A stretch of DNA of 64,000 bases from Octopus vulgaris (taxonomy: Eukaryota): positions 105,090,001 to 105,154,000 of the forward strand of contig OX597819.1 in the NCBI GenBank assembly GCA_951406725.2, in the 5' to 3' direction. The notes under the pieces are model-generated. The model searched no databases, was not told the origin of the DNA, and saw nothing but the letters and a program-made list of their open reading frames with translations. Position numbers and translations under genes: made by a program. Positions 11,556-22,841 of the stretch are shown here, one piece after another. Every line of letters begins with the position of its first letter. Position 1 is the first letter of the stretch.

Positions 11556-14385
11556 ATTTTTTTTTATCCTGGTCATTTCAATATCATAAAACATCTAAAA
11601 AAAGAGGCTTTATTATGTTTTTCTTTTAAATTTTAATAATTTAGTGGCTATTTTTGCGAAATTTTTCTCAAAACTAAATTCCATACAAGGTCATTCTGAA
11701 AGATTTAGTTGAACGCCCCTCATTAAGTAGATATATATACGCAGTACTTTATTACAAATAGTAATCCCAAGAGAATAAGCAGAACATCTGGTAAAAGTAT
11801 TTTCCGTAAGGGTTTAATAGATATAAATCTTAGGAATTTTCTTAAATGTGTGGGGTCCCTAATTCATATGTTGTCTAAGCTTCTCCTTTTGGCGCGTCTG
11901 CGCGTATCGAATATCTGTGTGCTTATGTGTATGTGTGTCTATATAATCTAAGTGATGCGTTTGTGTTTTGCTTATCAGTTGTTACATTTGTTTCTGCATT
12001 CGTATATGAACTTATTTTATATTAATATTTGGAGGTTCTAAAGATGGCGAGCTCGCAAAATCGTTAGCACGCCAGACAAAAAGGCATTTTTTCCAGTTTT
12101 TGATTTTTTGTTTGAATACCACAGAGATCGACTTGGTCCTTCATCCTTTCGGGGGTCGGTAAAATAATCACTAGTTGAGCACTGTGTCGATGTAACTGAC
12201 TATACTCCTCCCCAAGATTTACGGCCTTGTGCCTTTTGTTGAAAGAACTATGTGGGTTTTCCTATAAGGTGTAGTTTTTCATATCATTACATGATATGAA
12301 AAACTACACCTTATAGATATCATGTAATGATATCTTATCGAATAAAGAAAAAATATTTTATCGTATGTTCTCTTAGATACAATGGCTGATAAGAAACGGA
12401 GTCTGAGATGGAACACCTAATTGACCATTGCGTAAACTTCAACGTTACTCTTCTGGCAATTAAAAAAGTTCGTTTTGCGGATTCATTTTCTAAGAAGAGA
12501 TACAGGAGTTTCGCGGAACTTTTCCAAAGTTTAGCATATAATTATAACTAGGTGTTATAATTCGAAACCTAACTATTAGACTTTCGGTTAGATACCATGA
12601 GTGAGCCACCATAGTTTCGCGTAATTGATTTATGTAAATCAATCAATCAGCTTGAAGCTGTGACGTGATATGGCTTACTCGGATATTCTAAAATTTAACC
12701 CATTTTCACCTTATAAAAACCGTTTGGCGCCTAACTTATGGAAGAGTGTCGAGAATGGCCGACTGATTTACGCGCCTCGTTTCTTGCCAGGAAGACGACC
12801 TCTGTCATTCGAGCATACAATTTCGGACTTTTGCGCAGACGATTTGTTACATTCACACGATATCCCAATTACTAAGTTTTCAAATGCTGTACTAAACTTT
12901 AAACCTGTGGCCTTTATATTGTCAAAGCAAAAGATTAAATCCAATAAAACCAAAAATAGCAAAAACTACTGGTACACCTTACAGCTACCTATCAAAAGAA
13001 ATACATCTAAATATTCACACCTGCTTACAAAGTCCTACATACATGAATAAATTCTTAGCAATAATATAAACTCAAATTTAATTAATAAAACTTTTTCCAT
13101 AACATCTCTCCAAAACAACCCACCATAGGAAGATTTTAACTCGAGATTATGTAAAGCCAAGATTAACTTCAATGCATCGCAGTCCAACGATGGCTTAACT
13201 GACAGAGACTTCGAAGTCACTGTTAATAATATTTTTGTTTAAGAATATTGAACGTCTACTCTACAAAAGTGTAGAGTAACCCATCAAATTAATGTAAAAT
13301 TATTTCTATTACAACTGGATATAAAAACAAACATTTGCATATATACATAAGCACAGGAGTGGCTGTGTGGTCTGCCCGAGGCTACTATAGAAGACACTTG
13401 CCCAAGGTGCTACGCAATGGGACTGAACCCGGAACAATGTGGTTGGTAAGCAAACTACTTACCACACAGCCACTTCTGCACTTATGTATATATGCAAATG
13501 TTTGTTTTTATATTCAGTTGTAATAGAAATAATTTTACATTTTCACACCTTTTTACCATAAGGCATGTTCTCCACGGTAACAGCCTTTAGCAGTTGAAAT
13601 ATGTAACGAACATATTTCAACTAACCTAAGTTCTGCTCATACCTAAACACTGCTTTGCACTAATGCTCCGTAGTATATGTGTCTGTGTGTGTATTTCTAT
13701 TTATATTAATTTTTATATATCTTGCCATCTGTCCAACATCAAGCATTTGATCTGCGCAGCATAATGCAGTAAAAGACTCCCCTGATGAGGTGTTGTAACC
13801 CAACATCCAATTGCACTTGGAACATCACTGCAAAGAATGCAAATAACCACAACGGTGAAAGGTATGTAGGGAAAAATGATATAAACTTGTGTTTATCATC
13901 ATTTTTCACACACATACATACACGCAAACACACACACACACACACACAACTGAAAGGCACAGGCATAGGTGTATAGTTAAGACACTTGCCTAAGATGCCC
14001 ATGGCAGGAATCTTGGACAAGTGTCTTCTATTATTGCCTCGGCCCGACCAATACTTTGTGAGTAAATTTGGTAGTGGAATCTTGTCGTATGCTCTTTTAC
14101 AAGTTTCAGTAATTTGACTGCGGCCATGCTGGAGCATCACTTTTAGTCGAAGAAAGCTACCCCAAGACTTGTTTTTTGTAAACCTAATACTTATTCTATC
14201 GGTTCTTTTGCCGAACCGCTTTTTCGGGGACATAAACACACCAACATCAGTTGTCAAGCGATGGTGGGTGGGGCGATAAACACACACACACACACAGTTG
14301 AAATTTACAGAAAAACAAAAGATGAAGAAAGGTGTATAAACAACAAGCAGGTGTATTAGTTTGACGCTCGGGAAGGTGAGACAGT

Positions 14386-14421
14386 CTTTTACGTTTCGAG
14401 CCTACGCTCTTCAACAGAAAG
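14386..14421 (-). ncRNA. Minimal hammerhead-like fold (core CUGUUGA) in a short microsatellite-embedded repeat (~14296-14455)
   Basis: Minus strand: CTTT CTGTTGA A GAGC-GTAG-GCTC GAAA CGT A AAAG. Stem I CTTT/AAAG, palindromic ACGT stem III, GUA triplet. Confidence 0.5.
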
Positions 14422-15420
14422 GAACACGAGGAAATAAACAGAGAGAGAGAGGAAAATATATATATACATCACAGGCTTCTTTCAGTTTCCGTCTACCAAA
14501 TCCACTCACAAGGCTTTGGTCGGCTAGGGGCTATAGTAGAAACACTAGAGGCTATAGTAGAAAACACTTGCCCAAGGTGTCACGTAGTGGGACTGAACCT
14601 GGAACCATATGGTTGAGAATCAAACTTCTTACCACACAGCCACCTGAAGGACTGCTGGAATAGGAGTGTGAATCTGAGATGGGAGTACGTTGAATAAGAT
14701 CATAACTAATCCTATTTTTTTTACTCGAAGCCAGGAGCTTTTCAGCACCCATCATCTCTCTATATATAATCTTCTAACTTCTATATAAAATCCTTTGTTC
14801 CCATTGCATTCTCAAACGGTCCAACCAAATCAAATCAAATTTTACATGGTAATACTATCACACATGTGTGTGTATACAAAATAAACAGAAAATGGAGAAA
14901 TATTGATCAACAACGATAGACTTACATCAATTATTATTTAATTTAATGCAAATAGACTGCATCCCATCTAACAGCTGTTTCTGCTTCCAATGTCGTATGA
15001 TATTGCCATTGATATTCGAAAAATAATATTCATCATATTTAGTAATAAATCCGATCTGGAACATAGAGCTTCATCAGAGTGAAGAAAAATACATACATAA
15101 AAGAAAAGAAAAGAAAGAAGAACCTCGAGAGGAAAAGGAAAGGCTGAATATGTTTAAATCATACCATTTTGCTTATGTGTCGCTTTGGGACGTCGAGTAA
15201 ATGACGAAACTTAAAACAATAATTGGTGGTTTAATTTTTTCTATGGGGGTATTAAGGTGGATAAGTAATAAAACAGTAAAAATAAAAAAATTACAATAAC
15301 GAGATACGCCAATAGGTTTATATATATATAAATAAGGGCAAACGAAAAAATTTCTAATGCCAACTATGCCGAAAATTGGACATATTGTCCATAACCATAT
15401 AAAAAATTATATATATATAG

Positions 15421-15582
15421 GCGCAGGAGTGGCTGTGTGGTAAGAAGCTTATTTCCTAAACACATGGTTCCGAGTTCAGTCCCACTGCGTGGTACATTGA
15501 GCAAGTGTCTTCTATTATAACCTCGGACAAACCAAACCCTTGTGAGTGTATTTGGTAGACAGAAACTGAAAGAAGCTCGTCG

Positions 15583-15649
<67 letters not shown>

Positions 15650-15672
15650 GTGTATATATATATGTGTGTATG

Positions 15673-15703
<31 letters not shown>

Positions 15704-15880
15704 TATTTGTGTCTGTGTTTGACCCCACCATCGCCTGACAACCGATGTCCTCGTCATTAGCGGTTCGGTAAAAGAAGCGATAGAATAAGTACTAGGCTTA
15801 CAAAGAATAAGTCCTGGGGTCGATTTGCTCGACCAAATGTGGTGCTCCAGCATGGCCGCAGTTAAATGACTGAAGCAAGT
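15421..15880 (+). mobile_element. Full-length tRNA-derived SINE (octopus-type) with internal (TA/TG)n
   Basis: A-box TGGCTGTGTGG, B-box GAGTTCAGTCC, body GGATTTGGTAGACGGAAACTGAAAGAAG-like, tail CCAGCATGGCCGCAG..AATGACTGAA. Confidence 0.85.
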
Positions 15881-15952
15881 CATATATATATGTATGTATA
15901 CATATATATACATGTATGTATGTATACAAATATATATATATGTACATGTATA

Positions 15953-16015
<63 letters not shown>

Positions 16016-16039
16016 GTCTGTGTATGTATGTATGTATAT

Positions 16040-16826
16040 CACCATCGTCGTCGTTTAATGTTCGCTTTCCATGCTAGCATGGGTTGGACGATTTGACTGG
16101 GGACTGGCGAACCAGATGGCTGCACCAGGCTCCAATCTGATCTGGCAGAGTTTCTACAGCTGGATGCCCGTCCTAACGTCAACCACTCCGAGAGTGTAGT
16201 AGGTGCTTTTACGTGCCACCGGCACGAGGGCCAGTCGGACGTCACTGGCAACGGCCACGCTCAAATGGTGTTTTTTATGTGCCACCTGCACAGGAGCCAG
16301 TCAAATGGTACTGGCAACGATCTCGCTCGGATGTTTTTTCACGTGCTACCAGCACAAGTGCCAGAAGGTGACGCTGGTAACGATCACGCTCGAATGGTGC
16401 TTTTTACGTGTCACCGGCACGGAAACCACTTTGCTGCTCTGGCAACGATCAGGCTTGGATGGTGCTCTTAGCGCTCCACTAGCACGGATGCCAGTCATCG
16501 AATTTGATTTCAGTTTCACTTGCCTCAACAGGTCTTCGCACGCAGAGTTGTGTCCAATGAAGGAAAGGTGCGCATAAGTGGGCTGGTTACATCCCTGGCA
16601 TAGGTCACTTGGCTTGCCGGGTTTTCTCAAGCACAACATATTTCCATAGGTCCTGGTCACTAGTCATTGCCTCGGTGAGGCCTAATGTTCGAAGGTCATG
16701 CTTCACTATCTCATCCCAGGTCTTCCTGTGTCTACCTCTTCCACAGGTTCCCTCTACCGCTAGGGCGTGGCACTTTTTCACACAGTTATCCTCATCCATT
16801 TTCGCCATATGACCATACCAGCCAAA
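16040..16826 (-). mobile_element. 5'-truncated RTE-clade LINE: ORF end plus long structured 3'UTR and (GAT/GAC)n tail
   Basis: WYGHMAKMDEDNCVKKC...GRGRHRKTWDEIVKHDL matches the RTE WxGHVxRM...GRGRPRKTW motif. 3' end CCAACCCATGCTAGCATGGAAA..GACGACGATG. Confidence 0.85.
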
Positions 16827-17173
16827 TGTATACATATACTATAGCCTCAGGCCCACCAAAGCCTTGAGAGTGGATACCGTGCACGGAAACTGAAAGAAGA
16901 CTATCGTATAAATGTGTGTATTTGTGTGTATCTGTTTTTGCACCCTCACCATCACTTGACAACCGATGTTGCTGTGTTTATGTCCTCGTAACTTAGCAGT
17001 TTTGCAAAAGCCACTGATAGAATAAGTAGTAGGCTTATAAAGAATGAATCCTGGGGTCGATTTCTTCGACTAAAGGCGGTGCTCTAGCATAGCCGCACTT
17101 ACATGACTGAAACAAGTAAAACAATAAAAACAGCTATGCCATTTTAATCCTGAGCAACGCCAGGTATCTGCTA

Positions 17174-17215
<42 letters not shown>

Positions 17216-17310
17216 GGAGAATTCACAAAAAAACCCCCAACAAAAGACGAAAACAGGTGGTGTAGATAACAAACAGATGTATTAGTACAACGCTCAGGAA
17301 GTGAAAAAGT

Positions 17311-17346
17311 CTTTAACGTTTCGAGCCTACGCTCTTCCACAGAAAG
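17311..17346 (-). ncRNA. Minimal hammerhead-like fold (core CUGUGGA), same repeat family (~17216-17410)
   Basis: Minus strand: CTTT CTGTGGA A GAGC-GTAG-GCTC GAAA CGT T AAAG, GUU triplet. Confidence 0.5.
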
Positions 17347-17684
17347 GAACACAGAAAGAAACAATGAGAGTAAATAAAGAATGTATAATGACTAGCGATC
17401 AGCTAACCGACTGCTTGAAGCTTACAAATTCCCTACACTCAAATCCCTGTACTTTGCACCAATCTAACACACACAACCCACCTCCCCCCACAAAAATACT
17501 GGGGACGATTTTCTTTTTCGACTTTGGCTACAGTCCAATGACTGAAAGAAGTAAAAGACAAAAGATTTATAGATATGTATACAGAAAATTTAAATGGCAC
17601 CTTGGGCATGTGTCGTCTGCTATAGTCCCGGGCCGACCAAAGCCTTGTGAGTGGATTTGGTAGACGGAAACTGAAAGACGCTCG

Positions 17685-17732
<48 letters not shown>

Positions 17733-18349
17733 GTGTGTGTATATGTTTGTGTGTCTGTGTTTGTCCCCCCCAACATCGCTTGACTATCGATGCTGGTGTG
17801 TTTACGTCCCCGTCAATTAGCGGTTCGGCAAAAGAGACCGATAGAATAAGTACTAGGCTTACAAAGAATAAGTCCTGTGGTCGATCTGCTCGACTAAAAG
17901 CGGTGCTCCAGCATGGCCTTAGTTAACTGACTGAAACAAGTCATATATATATGTATGTATAACGTATTTTTTCTTTGTTTTAGCCATTAGACTGTAGCCA
18001 TGCAGGGACAAAGCCTTGAAGAATTTTTAATCGAATGAATCGATCCCAGTGCTTACTTTTTGTTAAGCCGAACCGCTAAGTTACGGGATGTAAACACCTC
18101 AACACTGGTTATCAAGCGGGCGGGCGGAGGGGGTAGACACAGGCACAAAGACACACACACACATATATAGATATATGCGACAGGTTTCTTTCAGTTTCCG
18201 CCTACCAAATCCACTGACAAGGCTCCGGTCGATCTGAGGCCATACTAGAAGGCAGTTGCCTATGGTGCCACGAAGTGGGATTGAATCCGAAACCATGTGG
18301 TTGTGAAGCAAGCTTCTTACCACACAGCGTCTCTCTTTCTATATATATA

Positions 18350-18396
<47 letters not shown>

Positions 18397-20159
18397 GCAG
18401 TCTCTTTATATATATATATATTAGTCATAGGCATATGTGTGTATGTATGTGTTTGTGGCTACACCACCGCTTGACAACCGGTGTCGATTTGTTTACGATT
18501 TGTTTGCGGTTTGACAAAAGAGACCGATAGAATAAGTACCAGGTTTTAAAATAAAGTAGTGGGGCCAATTCATTCGGACAAAAAACTCAAGGCGGTGCCC
18601 CAGCGTGGCCGTAGACTGAAACAAATAAAGATACTTGTATAAAAAAAATCTGTTCTTACAATGTTTTAAAATTCGACATAAAAAGGTTTGTATGTGGAGG
18701 GAAGTAAAATGGAATATAAAACGGATATAAAAGTTATATATCTGAAATATATTCTTGAGTATTAATTAATTACTCGTCCTAAATAAATAAAGAAAAAAAA
18801 TATGCTGTAAATATCTATTGACTAATTTCCCTGTTTAAGCTGGAACCGGCAATATATTTGCTTACTCAGCAGTGAGAGATGTAGACAAATAAGCAAGCTA
18901 CGACCTATTTTACATTCTTCACGCTAGTTTAAATTCCCCCCTTTTCCCCTCCTTATGTGTTTTGATTACTTTTCCTACTTCAGATTTTCTTTCTCTTTCA
19001 TCTTCTGTTTATTTTCTTACTTTTCCTCTCTCTTTGTCCATTCTTTCTCTTTCACGTTTGCGCAATCTAACTTTTTCTTTCTGTCCTTCTTTCTCTAAGC
19101 TTCTACACTTTATTCATTCTACCTCATCTTAACCCTTTCACCTTCATAGCTACACTCTTCTCTTTATTCTTTTCTTTCTCATTTTTTTTTCTTAACTTTC
19201 AGTTCCCCTTTTCCGACTTCTGTTACCCTAACATCCACTCCTTATATCCCAAATGACTTCTTAACGACACGTCTGCTCGAATAATTTAAAATGTTTTTTT
19301 TTTCTTTTATATTCATTTTTTTCCCTGTTTCTTAAAGAACTTAGCGCTACAACATTCCTAAACCACTGTCATAATCCTGTAATGTATCCCTACTTCCCAT
19401 CCATTCATATGATCATCTGGCACAGGATTTCCTTTAGTTCTATCACGATATCCTTACCCACAATTTACTGCTCAACTTCATTTACTTTTCCTGTTTCTAT
19501 ACTTGTTTTCTTTCTCTTCTCTTCAAAAACTCACTCTATCTCCATTTCTCTTCCCCTTCGATTCACCGTTTCTTCATCCAAGTTATCTAAATCCCTCTCT
19601 CTATCCCGGTTTCTTTCCGTGTCTCTTTTTATGTCGCTTTCTTTCGGTCTTGTATTTGCTGTATTTTTCTTTTTTCCTCTTTCAATCCATCCATCCATCC
19701 ATCAAGCTCTCTATCGAATTCTTTCACTATGTATGTCTCTTTCTTTCATTCACTCTATTCCTTTCATATTCACACACATATCTATCTATATCTACACACA
19801 CATATATATAATATATAAATATATATATAAATTATATATATCTAATATAATGTGACAATTATACATATATATAATGTATATATATAAAATCTATAAAAAT
19901 TATATAAATATAAATGTATATATATATAAATATATATGTATGTATATATACATATATATACCTACACGGCCATAGTCATGAAGCTTGAGCGAAGTTAAAC
20001 TTTGTAATAATATATAAACTAAGCAAGATAAAAGTATAGGAGCATGAGGCTGATTAAGAAAAAAATAAAACAAAAAAACGGTATGGAGACCCAACATGGT
20101 TATAATTAACAAGATTCTCTTTTCACCGTTTCCTTCTCCACCTCCTTCTTATTCTCTTC

Positions 20160-21100
20160 CTCAGTTGATGTTTCTCAGCGACATCGATGAACTTCCATAA
20201 CGGAAGTATTGCAAAGCGCAAGTGCGTCTCACTCACTCGCTTTCTGACCAGTCTGGTTTATTTTGTTGCTTATTCATTTATTTATATATTTATTTATTTA
20301 TTTGATTGTTTGTTTACTTTTTAATTTAGTACTTTTTCTCTTCTGCTTCTTTTCTTTTTTTTTTTTTTAACCTCCCCCTTTCGTTTCTCGGGGACGATTT
20401 TGATTGGTCAAATATTTAAATAAATAAATAAAATAAAAAACAAACCAAGCTAAGTCTTGCTCCGATTAGCTACTTTGCTTAGAAATCAAGGCGGAGTTTC
20501 AAATCTTTGTAGCGGAGCGGCAGGTCCGGTGTTCGTTCGCATGGGGAGGCGGTGGTTGCTAGAACTATCGGAGTCACAACCAGGATGCGGAGGAGGTTTC
20601 ACCTGCTGCTCGGCATCGGAATTATATGGCTGTTCGGAGTAGCTTATTATTTACTGAGAGAAATTAAAACTGAGGTAAGCTTGAGGTATTCTTTTTAAAC
20701 CTTTATTTTTATTGTAATATATTAGAACAATTTTTTCCTTTTTACCTTTCTTTATCCGGAAGTGATTTACCACCGATTCGAGTGGTGGTGATGGTTGTTA
20801 GAGGATATATTATTGTTGCTGTTAGTGGTCTTGTGGTGGGTGAACGTGCACGCGTGGGGGCGGATGGCTTTGATTTCAAGCATGTTATATCGAGTTACCT
20901 CCCCTTTCGGTCTCGCATTGTTGTCAATTTCATTACAGTTACCATCACTACTGCGCTCGTGTTCGTGTTGTTGTCGTCACCTTAGTCATCATCATCATTG
21001 GCGCACTGTCATCACGTTCATTAAATAATTCCTTAATTACCACCATTATCAGTTTATTTCGCGCCATCACTATCCCCATGATCAAGTGTCGAGCAACGGC
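20160..21100 (+). promoter_or_regulatory. CpG-rich promoter and 5'UTR region of GALNT2
   Basis: Local CpG/GC enrichment around exon 1. ETS-type CGGAAGT at 20201-20207, an inverted ACTTCC at 20191-20196, CCAAT box (TGATTGG) at 20401-20407, and CCGGAAGT at 20756-20763. Confidence 0.6.
20585..20674 (+). CDS. GALNT2: GALNT2-like polypeptide N-acetylgalactosaminyltransferase, coding exon 1 (cytoplasmic tail plus type II signal anchor)
   Basis: ATG at 20585 gives MRRRFHLLLGIGIIWLFGVAYYLLREIKTE, closely resembling the vertebrate GALNT2 N-terminus ([22 protein letters not shown]). It ends at a strong donor GAG|GTAAGC in phase 0 and lies in CpG-rich DNA. Missed by the ORF track. Confidence 0.9.
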
Positions 21101-22208
21101 GGTAGATTGGCAAAATCATTAGAGCATCGGTATTTATTCCGGCTCTCATTTATATTCTGAGTTCAAATCCCGTCGAGGTCAACTTTACCTTTCGTTTCTC
21201 GACGAAGTACCAGTCAGTTACTAGTGTCGATACAATCGACAAAACCCCATTCTTCGTAAATATCTGGTCTTGTGCCTATGTTAGAAACGATTATTTAGAG
21301 TCGGACTGCTGATTCTGCGTCTCCGTTTCGGTTTACATTTAGATATATTTCACTTCTTGTGTGTCGCTAATTCCCTCTGGAATGAACGTCACAGATCTCA
21401 TTCTATACACGCTTCTCTTTAATAAATATATAAATCCTTATATTGTGTTAGTAATCATTATTCTGAGCCGGTCTATATCCTTTAGTATATATTGCACTGA
21501 GTCCAACACACGTTGGGAGTGTCTGTCACTCCGACCGATGGGGCGATAAATGATATTATACCAAGATACTGAGGGATCGATTTAATTAAATTACTGGTTT
21601 TGTGCCCGTGGTCTAAAAAAGGGTTGTCTTTGTTGTCGTTATCATCATCATCATTATTATTGTTTCACCCCGGTCGCTGTCGTACTCCTGTGTTATTTTC
21701 TTTCAACAAGTTTCATTCATGTCTCGTGACATTAAGTGTCACAATTAAAATTGTGATGCTTATTTTAGTTACAGAACTCTACCTAATTCTCTGATTGTAT
21801 GAGTCTACCCCACCTTGATACACTGGGATTCCACATCTCGTTCTTCGAATGTCAGTCCTCAAGTTCGGTGTCTTTTTAAAGAGCATTAAAAGAACATTCT
21901 CGCCTTACGGCTTCGCCGATGATGCATACATCGGTTTGTTAACATAGTTCGTATGCATATGAGTGGAGTATATATTTATATTCATTCATATATGCTCACA
22001 CACCACCCGTATATACACAATCGTTTATGTATGTTACCCTTATAAAGATTTTGTATTCTTGCACGTATTCCAAACATTTATACATTGTGTCTTTTGAACG
22101 TATTTGTATGGAATAGACTAGTGTATTATATGCACTCATAAAAACCTTTAACATGCTAACATGGTCCATGCCTTAGGTACTCTCATAGTACACAGTTTAA
22201 TAATCGTG

Positions 22209-22253
<45 letters not shown>

Positions 22254-22494
22254 CATACATATATACACTCACATACATGTGCTACCATGCATGTAGTCTC
22301 ATGTCAAGGCTGTTATCTTGTATAGTGGTGTTGAAAGACCTTTATTACACATACATATGCATTTTAGTATTATACCTCGCTATTACACGGTCCGGTGTTT
22401 ATCGGAGATTTCATAATGTACACTATACATATTTATACAGTCCGATTTGTGTATTTATAATGATATCTGAAAGAATTCATTGCAGACGGCCATA

Positions 22495-22841
22495 CTATCT
22501 GTCTGTCTATCTAGCTCTCTGTCTGTCTATCTATCTATCTGTCTGTCTGTCATCTATCTATCTATCTATCTGTCTGTCTGTCATCTATCTATCTATCTGT
22601 CTGTCTGTCATCTATCTATCTATCTGTCTTCTGTCATCTATCTATCTATCTGTCTGTCTGTCATCTATCTATCTATCTGTCTGTCTGTCATCTATCTATC
22701 TGTCTGTCTGTCATCTATCTATCTATCTGTCTGTCATCTATCTATCTATCTATCTGTCTGTCTGTCATCTATCTATCTATCTGTCTGTCATCTATCTATC
22801 TATTTGTCTGTCTGTCATCTATCTATCTGTCTGTCTATCTA
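22495..22841. repeat. Compound (TCTA)n/(TCTG)n/TCA microsatellite
   Basis: Directly visible; explains ORFs 22277-22858 and 22480-22887. Confidence 0.97.

Noticed and set aside
13777-13823. CTGATGA plus 7-bp stem (GGTGTTG/CAACATC), hammerhead-like
   Set aside because: GAAA is replaced by CAAT and stems I and III are weak; at best a dead relic.
15421-15495. tRNA gene
   Set aside because: A/B boxes belong to the tRNA-derived SINE head; no full cloverleaf, and the SINE body follows.
16200-16495. CRISPR-like repeat-spacer appearance
   Set aside because: Eukaryotic context, units are degenerate along their whole length, no cas genes, and it lies in an RTE LINE 3'UTR.
20457-20642. 61-aa ORF over exon 1
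   Set aside because: Wrong frame with a TTG start; the real frame begins at ATG 20585.
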